From: Monocercomonoides exilis PA203
Taxonomy: Eukaryota; Protista; Preaxostyla
Length of the DNA: 64,000 nt
Direction: 5' to 3'
Assembly: GCA_001643675.2 (NCBI GenBank)
Contig: LSRY02000011.1
Location: 62,001 to 126,000 of the forward strand
Shown here: positions 24,901-36,623 of the stretch, in pieces
How the letters are laid out: each line of letters starts with the position of its first letter
Position numbering within the stretch: the stretch's first letter is position 1
The notes under the pieces: model-generated
What the model was told of the DNA's origin: nothing
Seen by the model: only the letters and a program-made list of their open reading frames with translations
Database searches by the model: none
Made by a program: the position numbers and the translations under genes

Positions 24901-27900
24901 ATAGCACTGGCAAGGGCAGTCTATTCATCGGCTGAGGTGTTTGTGTTGGATGACATTTTGGCGAGTGTCGATGCTCATGTTGGGCAGATGCTAGTGAAAA
25001 AGTGCATCAGCCAGCTGCTGAAAGGGAAGACTGTCTTGTTAGCGACACACCACACGAAATATCTGCCTTATTTTGACACAGCCATCGCAATGGAGGAGGA
25101 TGGAAGGATCAGAAAGATAGGCAAGGCGGAGGAGTTTGCGGGGATTGCGAAGGAGACTGGCGTGTTGGTTGAGGAGAATGAAGATGGTATTGAAGAAGAA
25201 GAGGTGGAAGGAGAAACGGAAAACACGGAAGATGATTATAAAAGCAATTGTGAAAAGAAGACTGAAGATTCAGTTAACGTGACTTCGTCATCTTCAGCGT
25301 CATCTTCTCCATTCCCTTTCCAAACTCCTTTTGTTTCGTCTCAACAATCTCCATCTTCTTCTTCTACTTCCACTTCACCATTCACTTTTAAATCACCTTT
25401 CATATCGACTCAGCAATCTGCATCGTCGTCGTCATCATCATCATCATCTTCTTCTTCTTCTTCTTCTTCTTCTTCTATTTCGAGTGAGTTTCCACCAAAT
25501 CTGCAGACAACGCCTCCGCCTGTTCTGAACCCAGTTGATGAACCCACTCCCTCTTCCTCTTCTTCCTCTTCTTCAACTACTACTACGACTCTTCCTTCTC
25601 CTCCTTCTCCTTCTCCCTCTGAATTGGGTCGTCTGAAGAAACCCACCGATATGGAAGCTGATTCTGCTTCCCTCTCCTCCATTTTGTGGTATTTCAAACA
25701 TGCATCGCTCTATCTGATGTTCTTTTTTATTCTGGCAATTGTGCTGAATAAAGTTGCACATAACGGTCAGAGTGCTGTACTTAGCGTGTGGACAGCGAAG
25801 GATGCGCAGATGGAGCAGATGAATGGAACATTGGATGGGATTGGAGGAGAAATGAGGGGAGAGAAGAAAGAAGGAACAAAAGGACAGAAGGAAAGAGGAG
25901 AAATTGTAAATGATATGATGGATGAATCTTCATTGAATCCTTCGATAATTTCATCATTATCATCATCAAATGAAAGCAATCACAAAAATGGAGATAATTC
26001 CAAAGCAAAACCAATCATTCACGCATCGCTACCAAACATCTTCCAGCTCAAAAAGCAAAAGACACAACAGTTTCTTTTGTCCTTTCTGAGCCGCTTTGAT
26101 CTTTCCCCAGGATTTTTGTTCTTCCTCTACATCATCATGAATCTCTTATCGTCGCTCAGCCAGATTCCAGTGAGTCTGATCAGAAGCCGATTAAATGTTC
26201 AGTCGAAACGTGTTATCAATACAGAAGTTTACACAAAGCTCTTCCACGCAAAGATGAGTTTCTTCGATACAACTCCACTCAACTCAATATACAACCAGTT
26301 GTTCGACATAAGTTTTGGCAACGATGCATTGCTCTTCACCTTCAGTTTTATTGTCTCGTCACTTGCAAACTTGTTTCTTTCACTGGCAACAATTTACACA
26401 ACGATGCCAGCGTTGCTTCTGCCAGTGCTGCTGGTTGTGGGTGTGATGTTGGTTGTTTGCTACACTTCGTCTTTAGCGAATCACCGCATCCGTCGAGCGT
26501 CGTTTGTGGCAAAAGGCGAGTCAAGGCGTTTCTTCAGGCAGTGTTTAGAGGGATCTGCAACAATCAGGGCGTTTGGCATGCAGGAAGATGTGAAGGAGAG
26601 GCACAGGGAGCTGTGCAGAAGGCTGAACGATGCTCAATTCTACAATAAAAGTGTGAATGAGCTTATCAAAAACATCACTAGCTGGTGTAACGATGCGCTT
26701 GAACTGCTGGCTTATTTGACGGCAATTATCTTGAAAGCTGTAGGGAGAAACACATATTTCCTTCCGATGGCTCTTCAAATGGCACGCTCTGCTGTTTTTT
26801 TGGGGGAAAGCCTTTTTCACCAGTACGAATCTATGCACAATGTGTTGGGGAATATTGGTCGGATCAGAGAATTGTGTGATGTGGAGCAAGAGGGAGAGTG
26901 GACAACAAATGTCTCTGAAGTTACTGATGAAAAAAGCAAGATGATTAGATGCAGCGAATCGAAAGAAGAGAATCCTGTGAATGGAAATGGGATGGAATCT
27001 TCAAATGTTTCTTCTTCTTCTTCTTCTTCTTCTTCTTCTTCTTCTATTACATCTTCTTTGTCGTATCCGCTGTCAAATTGGCCATCTGCAGGCAGAATTG
27101 AGTTCAGCCATGTTGACTTGAGATACCGTCCTAATCTTCCGTTGGCTCTGGACGATGTCTCTTTTGTGATTCCTGATGGTGCAAAAGTGGGTATTGTGGG
27201 GAGGACAGGATCGGGAAAGTCGAGTCTTCTGCTGGCACTGCTTCGGATTGTGGAGGCGGAGTGGCAGAAGAAAGGCTGTGCCATTCTGATTGATGGACGA
27301 GATATCCACACACAGCTGGGCCTCAAAGAGCTTCGGGGTGCAGTGGCAGTGACAGCACAGGAGCCGATGCTTCTGAGTGGGAGTATCCGGTACAATCTGG
27401 ATCCGTTTGGAGAGCACAGTGAGGAGGAAGTGTGGGAGGCACTGGGGCAGGTGGGGCTGAGGGAGGTTGTGCAGCAGATGGAGGAGCAGCTTGGGGCAGA
27501 TGTGGCAAATGAAGGGAAGAACATTTCGGTGGGACAGCGACAGCTTCTCTGCCTGGCACGCGCGATTCTGAGGCGCGCGCGGATCATTCTGATGGACGAG
27601 GCGACAGCAAGCGTGGACTTTGAGACAGACGAAAGGATCCAGCAGGTGATGAGGCAGTGCTTCAAAGAATGTACAGTCATCACTGTCGCACACAGGCTAT
27701 CGACCGTTGCAGACTCTGACTTGGTGTTTGTGATGGAAAGTGGGAAACTCGTTGAGAGTGGAGCGCCAAAGGTTTGCATTTGTGATTTAATTTTGAATGC
27801 GAAATCGTAATATTTGCCGAATTCGTTTTATATTTTTTTTTTTTTCGGATTTCTTTTTTTTTTTTATTATTCGCATTTTTAATGACAATTTGTAATTATC

Positions 27901-28066
27901 ATTTCTTTTCAAATTTTTCATTATGATTTTCTTGCAAAAACAATTATATATATATTTGTTTATTCAGGAGCTATTGTTCAGAGAAAACTCCAAATTCTTG
28001 TCTTTGGCTAAAGCAGCGGGTGATGCTTATGTTGAACAATTGAAAGCAATTGCATTAAAGTCTTAA
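21907..28066 (+). CDS. ABC transporter, ABCC/MRP family (multi-exon)
   Basis: YENAGFVSRLINWFSLPVIRRG N-terminus; NBD1 Walker A GPVGCGKS, VGERGYNLSGGQ and LDDILASVDAHV; TMD2 MSFFDTTP; NBD2 GRTGSGKS, NISVGQRQL, MDEATASVD and VAHRLSTV. Introns include 21930-21975, 24547-24714 and 27772-27967. The frame around 22205-22344 needs 1-2 indels (error or decay). Confidence 0.93.
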
Positions 28067-28580
28067 AATGTTTTTAATAATATTTAATAAGCAATATCAC
28101 ACACATCCGTTTGACAGTTTCTTTATCAAATATAATTAAGGACATGTAAATTTTTGTTTTCATTTTTCTTCATCCAATCAATTTGTTATGTAGTTTTTGA
28201 TTTTTTATTTTTATAATTCTTAATTTTATTTTATTTTTATTTTTATTTATTTATTTATTTATTAATTTTTTAATTTTATTTTTTTTTTTTTTCATTTTTC
28301 AAAATTGTGGAAAAATTGAATTATATGCATAATTTTTTAGGTAATATTTTCTAATTTCACAAACAGTTGAAACAATTTTGTGAATGTTTTATTTTCTCCG
28401 AAAATACAACATTATTTTGTTTCATTTTTCTTTTTCAAATAAAATGAAGATAATTAAATATCATTTCTATCAGACAATTTCACTTTAATGTTCCGAAGTT
28501 GTTTGTGAAGATAAAATGGGAAAAAATGTTATTTTTATGTAATAAAGCACAACACCTTTAACGAATCAATAATTATTATA

Positions 28581-29566
28581 GGGTCATATTTTTATTAGCA
28601 CCCAGTTTTTTATTAGATCCCAAATTTTTTTATCTCATATTGCTTCATATAGAAGCTTTCATTCAATAAAAATAATTTTAAAATAAATAATATATTATTA
28701 TAATGTTGTATACTAATTTTTTTTTGAAAATTATTTCTTTGAAAAAAAGATCTGAATTTTTTTTTTGTTTTATTTTTTGATCAATGTTTTGCTCGTGTTT
28801 CCATGAGTTTTTGAAACCAAGCATTTTCCTTGTTAGAATTGTTTTTAAACTTTTCTTTTTAACATTTTTGGTTATTTTATTAATATTGTAACTCTTTTTT
28901 TTCAATAGTTTTCACACATCACCTTTTTTTTGTAAAACTGAAATTTTGAAGAAATCTATTGATATTTTTTGAATTAATCGTGTATGCATGAAAAACAAAT
29001 TAGTATTACAAATAATAAAAGTGGTGAGAAATAAAATTAAAAAGTATTTCAGTCAAAAAATGAAAAAGTTGATATTTTGTTTTTCACGTTTTCCTTCTTG
29101 AACACAAAAAATTAATTATGAAGGCTTTGCCATATGATTTTACACATAATATAATATAATTCAAACATAATCAATTTTGCAAATAATATTTTCTTTTGTT
29201 GATATTTTCGTTTTACAAAAAAAAGGTGATGTGTGAAAACTATTGAAAAAAAAGAGTTACAATATTAATAAAATAACCAAAAATGTTAAAAAGAAAAGTT
29301 TAAAAACAATTCTAACAAGGAAAATGCTTGGTTTCAAAAACTCATGGAAACACGAGCAAAACATTGATCAAAAAATAAAACAAAAAAAAAATTCAGATCT
29401 TTTTTTCAAAGAAATAATTTACAAAAATATTTGGTGTACAACATTATAATAATATATTATTTATTTTAAAATTATTTTTATTGAATGAAAACTTCTATAT
29501 GAAGCAATATGAGATAAAAAAATTTGGGATCTAATAAAAAACTGGGTGCTAATAAAAATATGACCC
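28581..29566. mobile_element. non-autonomous foldback element with ~358 bp TIRs
   Basis: 28581-28938 is the near-perfect reverse complement of 29210-29566. Ends are GGGTCATATT..AATATGACCC with TA on both sides, around a 271 bp spacer. Confidence 0.93.
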
Positions 29567-29596
29567 TAATTTTTTTTTGATATAAATGCAAAATTA

Positions 29597-32500
29597 GATG
29601 AATTTTGAATAGATTTTTTTGATTCAAATAAACTAGGTTTATTCAAATGAACTCATGTTTATTCGAATAGATCGAGTTCATTTGAATGAACCGAGTTCAT
29701 TTAAGATAGACTGAGTTTATTTGAGTTACGAAAATTTTGATAAAAAACAAGTATTTTTTATGTTTATTAAATTGATTGCAAAAACTTACATAAATTATTT
29801 GAATCATAATAATGCTGTTTTGCGAATGATTTTTGTTGTTTTCGTCAAATTCTTTCAAAGATCAAATGGATCATAAAATCAGAAAAACTGTTAAAATTCT
29901 TTTGCGTCAATAAACGATTCAAAACATATCAATATTGCATCCTTTGATTGTTGGACCTTCAAACTGTGTTATTCACACGTTTTAACATTTTTAAAAATTG
30001 AAAAAAAGAAGAATTTCATGAATTATGAAATGTTTAGCATTTTTTAATTATCGCAAATAATGTTAATTGAAATAATGCTGAATTATGTGTTGGATTGCAT
30101 CAATATATATGCAAACAACTGATATTTACACTTAGATCTGCTCAATAGCATTTAAAGACCGGAAATAATCATTAACAAATAATTGTGATCGATTTTTCTA
30201 AAAAAATGGATTCAAAAACAAACTTATTTGTCATCATTATTTTATTGAATAATGAACAGAGTTCAGCCGCTTTTCTCTTGCTATTTATCTGCGCTTCTCC
30301 AGTGACATTCCATTTTGCGTTAGAGGTTTCCTGTTTAAAATATGCGAAATGTTATTCTAACAGTTTCAATCCATCGAATGTTGAGGCCACGTTCTAACTG
30401 CATCACATGAGAGCAGCATTGATTTGACAAATGTTTCCATGAGCAATATGGAGTTGATGATCAGAAGAATTGTTGTCATGTTTTCACAGGCTGTGTGGAG
30501 AGGCGAGTTGATAGGATTAATTGAAGTTAACAGTGAAATAGTTCAGTTGAAATGTTTCGCGCTTTTTTCGCTTCGCCAAAGTGCTCCTTCTCAGACGTCG
30601 ATCATCAGCTTCTGTGGAAGCGAGCCTTCCCGCGTGCTTGTCCAAAACACGTCGATCAAGAGCAGCGGAAGCATCCTGAGTGAGAATGGCGGATGCATTG
30701 CCATGAAATTGAGCGAAGGCTCGTTGTTCCACTGCAACTTTTGTTCGATCTCTGGATGTTTCTGCTCAGCGACCGGCAGAGGAGGCGCGATGTTCCTGGA
30801 TTGTTCTTTGATCACAAGAGATGGCCTGCTTCCTTTCCTGTTTAAAAACACCGCATTCATGGAGAACAAAGCATTTGTTGGAAGAGACTTATATGAAAAA
30901 TGCGCGAATGAAAAAATTCAAATAGGCAACAAACCGTTCCAGCTCGATTTCAGAGCACCGTTTGTTCGGGAGTTTGCTATGTGGGAATGCACCGCACAAG
31001 ACTATGCTGATGAACAAGATCTGCTGCTTCTTGTTGTTGTGTATCGGAGCGAGACTATATTTGCATCTTCTTCATCCGACAACCCCTCCGATTCACGCCA
31101 GTGTGGTGGAATAAGTCAACCTTGCATTTCGCTGAATGTTGCGCTGCCCCACATCATTCCTTCAGTTTACAGCAATTTGCTCATCGACAAAAGCGCTGTG
31201 GTGTCAGGGGAAGCAAGCGCTTGAGATGTTTGGATCAAGTCGCTGGATGTGGAAGGCATAAGAGGGATTATTCTGCTGAACATCAGCATTGGAAACAAGA
31301 GGAGCAGTCTCGTTTCGTGCTTGCTGAGAGTGAAAATGGAATTTCTCACGTTTTTGTTTGCTTGCACTTTTTCTTCTTCTCATTCAAGTTTGTAATCACT
31401 GACTGATGGCAACTTGTTGATTGCAGACACAATATTTGCTCAAAAAGATTGGAGTGGAAACACCGAACACAAATTGAATTGCTCCATCATTCTCCACGAG
31501 AATGGAAGACTATCAACAAACGGGTGCACTTTTACTTGTATTCATCTCAGTTCTTTGTGCGTGGGAGCAAGAGGCGGACAATATTGCTCATTTATGAACT
31601 TGAATATTCTGATGCGAATTCTGTTGTGTTGTTGGACTTCCGCAATCTTGCAAACCTGTCCATGTCTCAGGTGCTTATTTTCAGGTGTATTTTTGACCGA
31701 TCCTCTCTCGTCCTTCTGTACTGCAAAGACTCTTAGCTCCAGAAGGTTCAAATCAAGAATACAGAGAGCAAAGCAAGCTTGATTGTGCTTTCCTCAGACA
31801 GTTCTGGAGGCCATTCAAACATCCAATACTATCATTCGGAATTCGTTGCTATATCTGTGCTGTCTGGCTCTTTGCTTTCTATTGAATGTGTTGATGCGAA
31901 TGTCGAGATGAATTTCTTGGCCATTTCGAGAACGAAGCTCAGAGAAGGATGCGCAGTGAGTGTGGCATCAAATGCTTCAACACTCCAGCTGAAGCAGTCA
32001 TCATATCAAAATGTTACCCGAGATTCGCTTGGTCCGTGCTGCTTGGCTGCTTCTTCTTCGTCTTTGTTGCTGGAGTTGAAGAACTGCTCAAACAAAAAGT
32101 GTGCTTCACTACATGAAAAAGGGAGCATTGAAGCGTTGGCAGATTTGGCAGACGGTTGCATGTCTTCATGTGTGTTTGACGGAGCAACAAGCGCACCAGA
32201 GTTGAGAGCGAGCGATGATCGATCAGAAGAGCTGTGCCAGTGGAGTGGATTAATGGTTGATCTTCAGGATTGCTCAGGAAGAATATCAGACACCACAATC
32301 TCCAATTCATCCAAGTGAAGGCTGTCGATCTCTGGAGGAAACATACAAATTCGGTTTGTGCTGTTTTCTAGCAACAGCCCAAATGCAGTAGGCTATTCAT
32401 CCATAAGGAACTACATCGCCTGCTCTGGTCATGCGCTTCTGAATATTCAAAGCCCGAAAGGCGGAGATGGCTTAAAAGAGAACTCATCACTTTGGGCTTT

Positions 32501-33711
32501 GAATTTGGAATGCAATTTTTCTATAGTCGCTTCAGAAAGGGATTCTCCGTTCTTCATTCCGTATCTGAATTCAGTGATATCTCGCCAGTTAGGGAGCACT
32601 CTTTCAATTGATCATACTGGCTCCTTGCTTCTGCATTGCCACTTGGCTCTCCAGGTTGATTCCTTCGATTGAATGGTTCACGAACTCCAGGTGTATCCGC
32701 ATCTGTCAGTAGAGTTTGCAGGTGAAACAGAGATTCATGAAGCCATTCCAACATCAATTGTAACAATGCATCTGAGGAAACGTAAGTATCTGTCAAGATC
32801 TTGTTTGGAAAGATTGATTCTCTTTCATGAACGGAGTCATTCATCCTGAAGAACAGAACTAAATCTGAGCTAAATGGAGATGGAAAACTTGTTGAAGGAG
32901 GGAAAGAAAGAAAAATTATTTTTGCCAATTGTTGAGATTGTGCGTGTTGTATTTGATGTGCTTCTGCTTGTAATTGTTGCTATTCTGGCTGTTAGATGGA
33001 GAAAGGCAAAGAATGAAGCAGATGATCTGAAAGAGATTGTGAATGATAACATTAGAAAGGATCCTGAGGCATTTGAGATGGTAACGATGGAGATATTACA
33101 AGAAGAGCAGTGGAGGAGAGCAGTCAAAAAGGAAGAGAAGACTTATAAAGAGAGGTTTGATAAAAGAAATCTATCAATGAAAATGAAATATGCCCAGTCA
33201 ATGGAGAAAGTTGCAAAGATGAAAGCAGCTTCAACCTGTCGACTTGACTGAGAGCTTCGAAATTATATGCTTTGTTGGCTGCAGATCACTCCACGAACTT
33301 CAATAAAAACAAAATTTTGTTTTTTATATTTAATTATACAGTGATCAAAAAAAGTTAAAAAGTCGAAAATAGAATAGAATAACGATAACAAAATGATATT
33401 TGCATTCATTTCTATCCCTTTTTGTCAAATAAAATCTTCTTTAAACACATATCAAATATTGTTAAAAAATACAGAAATATCTCAATTTTTTTGAATTTTT
33501 TAATTTTTTTGTTGATAAAGTGAAAGAAAAAACACAAAAATATTGTAATAAGTGTTCACCACTTTTTCATAAAAACTTTATTTAAGTGTATCGCACTTTA
33601 TTCAAGTGTAACTTCAACCATTTAAAATAACATGACTTCATTTAAGAAAAACCCAGTTCATTCAAATAAGTTGAATCTATTCAAATGAAAAAAATCTATT
33701 CACAATTCATC
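29597..33711. mobile_element. ~4.1 kb TIR element with 19-20 bp subterminal repeats carrying a host-gene cargo
   Basis: 29593-29620 matches the reverse complement of 33688-33715 at 27/28 nt. Both ends carry 5-6 ATTYRAATRAAC-type 19-20 bp repeats; TA flanks; no transposase recognised. Confidence 0.75.
30250..33251 (+). pseudogene. decayed large single-pass surface protein (Cys/Ser-rich ectodomain, TM, juxtamembrane RWRKAKNEA..EIVNDNIRKDP)
   Basis: Fragments GGCIAM..GRGGAMFLDC, QCGGISQPCISL and GGDGLKENSSLW, plus a TM helix at ~32930-32995. Many stops and frameshifts; C-terminally truncated. Confidence 0.8.
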
Positions 33712-34328
33712 TAATGAAATCTTCCATGTAACGCATACTTGTTCCATTTGGCAGAAAATGCTTTTTTTAACCAGCTTTAAACGGTTTCAGTATTATTTAA
33801 GTGAAAGAAAGAAATTTAATTTTGTAATTTTTTTCCGTAATAATCTGTTTTGTGTCTGAATCCATGCTCTGAGAACTTCGAGTATTTCTTCCAACTGTCT
33901 GAATTATTCATTGTGTAAGGTTATCCTTTTTTGATATAATTTGAAACAAAGCATTCTGACTTGACATTTATTGTGAAAAATTGAAGTATTAAACGAAAAT
34001 CGTTCATGTCATGAAAATATTTTATTCCTTTTTTAAATTGAATTATTTTTTTTCGAATTTGTATAATTTTTGACGTGGTTGTGTGAAATATATTTTTCAT
34101 TGCGTTGTGCAATGTGGGTTAAGTATTTTGGAGAGTAACTTCAAAAACTTTTAATAACTATTTAGGGCGTTGTCCAATAATTATTTCTTTTTTAAGAAAA
34201 TCTCGTAGAAAAAGTGTTTTTTTTGCAGGAATGTTGGAAAAAGAAAGAAAGAAAGAACTTCAAAAAGAAGAGCTTATAAAAAATTAATACTCTCATTTTT
34301 TGTTTTGTGTTTTTGAAAATCTTCAATT

Positions 34329-36585
34329 ATGAATCTTTCCGAGTTTATTCTGAAACGCTTAAAGGATTTACAAGTGTTCACTGTGTTTGGAGTTCCAGGT
34401 GATTTTGTTATGCACTTTCAAGATATAATTGATAAAGATAAATTTGTCAAATTTGTTCCGACCTGCAATGAAGTGTGCATTTTAATTTTTATTTTATTTT
34501 TTTTATTATCATAATTATAATTTATTCTTTCTTTTTTTGCGCTTTTTTTTTTCAATGAACAGCTAAATGCTTCGTATATGGCAGATGGATATGCAAAAGC
34601 ATCAAAGTTTGGCATTGGATGCTGTTGCGTAACATCTGGAGTTGGATCACTCAGCGCAATAAACGGGATCTCTCTTTCGTTTGCGGAAAACACACCAGTT
34701 ATTCTGATATCTGGTACTCCAGCATTACAGGATCATGAAAGAGAAGAACATGGAACCATGCTTATTCATCATACAAATGGAACATCAACAGCAACAATTA
34801 CAGAAGCAGCAATCTTTACAAGCGTTACGTGCGCGGAAGTTTCTTTCACTACAAATGTTCGTAAAAATGTTATTGATCTTGATAGGGCAATTGAAAAGAT
34901 GTTGATCCATAGACGCCCTATTCTTTTACAAATTCCTTATGATTTGGTGAGATTGGAATTAGTTCCAGATCCTGTTGAGAGCATCCCATCACCCATATTC
35001 AGAAACGTACCACTTTCATTTTCAGACATTGTATCACCAATCCCGTTTGCATCTTCTTTTACATCGCCTTCACTTTCTCCGGTTCAAAAGCATGCACAAT
35101 CCCTTTCGAATCATTCAGAAAATGAATCTTCCTTGCCATCATCTTCATCGTCATCTGATTCACCAAATTCAAATCCACCTTGGTATTCATGTACTACCAA
35201 CCTGTACACAGGTTTTCTAGAGCACCCTCATCTTTCACTAGTCTCTCGTAACTTCCGTTTGGAGAACCACAAAAAAGAGGAATCGTTTCACGTAGCTGAT
35301 GAAAAAGAAATAGCGAAGGCTGTTCAATTTGTAGTGGAGAAAGCTATTTGGGATGGGAAATGGAGGGGAAAGCACGCTTTTTGGGAAGAAGATGTGAAGA
35401 ATATTGATGAAGATGGCTTTGAGAATGAGAAGAATAGAGAAGATGGAAACAACAACGTGAAAAGAGGAAACGAGCAAAAAGAAGAGAGCGATAAAGATAA
35501 CAGCGAGCATTGTGAAAGCGATTCAGAAGATGTGCTTATTCAAGACACGCACCGAGGGATTGTGGCGTTGGTTGGCGATGAGTTTAGCGCTGTGCACGAT
35601 CCGTATTCGAAGGCGAGAGAGCTGTTTTGTATGTTTTTGCTGTTCATTTTCACATTAAATGAATAATCTGCTTGTTTTCTATTTGGCTGTGTTATTTCTT
35701 CATTTCTTGTAGTGCAACTGGTTGAAACATGCAACATCCCGTTTGCTGTATCCCAAACAGGAAGGGCAATATTCTCAGAACAGCACCGCTTGTTTATGGG
35801 CCATTTTCATGGGCATAACCCTCCTCCTCCAAAAAGAAGAAGAATGGACATGAATGGAAGGAGAGAGCAGACAAATGAGGGCAAAGGAAAGAATGACAAA
35901 GTTAAAGACAACAAAGAGATGAAAAGCCAAAGAAAAGAAGGAGAAATTGCTGATGAGGTTAAAGACGAACAAGAAAAAGAGCAGGAAAGAATGCAGTTGC
36001 TGATGAAAGACGTGAATAAAAGCATTTCTTTGCATCGTGCTTCATCTTTCTCTTCTTATCCTTCAGTTTCGTCATCGTCTTCTGCTGCTTCTTTCCCTCT
36101 TTCAGAAGGCCACAACAATTCAAACTTTCTTTCAGTGTCGTTTTCTCCAAATCGCTCGCCGTCTCCTTTTCCTCCAACATCATCAGAATGTTATGAAATG
36201 CACTCAAATGAGAGAGATGGCATTCATTTGTGTCCCAACCACACCAACTACAGCATCATCCAGCCATCAATCAGCCCTTCTCTTCAATCTGTTCCTGAAC
36301 TGCCTGCTTTCTCTGAACCAAAAAAAGCAAACACTTCTTCTTCTTCTTCCTCTTCTTCCTTTGACAATCGATTGAAACTTCATTCATTCCGCACCACAAC
36401 TCAAGGCACAGTCAACAACGGACTTTCGCGCTGTTTTGAGACGGCTGGGCTTGTTTTGTGTTTTGGAGTGAGGTTTTTCGATTTCGACACGACAGAGCTG
36501 ATGAAAGACAAGCGATGGGTGTGGATAGGCGGGGGAACAGTGAAATGTGGGTATGAATCTGCCTGAGAGAAGGTACATGACAAAC

Positions 36586-36623
<38 letters not shown>

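Noticed and set aside
26817-27779. 320 aa antisense ORF and similar shadow ORFs over the low-complexity genes
   Set aside because: These are antisense or alternate frames of ABCC NBD2 and of triplet-repeat exons.
28678-29449. Twin ORFs MKKKSYNINK on opposite strands
   Set aside because: A by-product of the foldback arms, with non-ATG starts and AT-rich noncoding composition.
29620-29730. CRISPR-like array
   Set aside because: Directly abutting degenerate 19-20 bp units with no unique spacers, mirrored at the other end of a TIR element, in eukaryotic DNA.
29596-33712. Polinton/Maverick (AG..CT ends)
   Set aside because: No 5-6 bp TSD and no polB, integrase or capsid remnants were seen.
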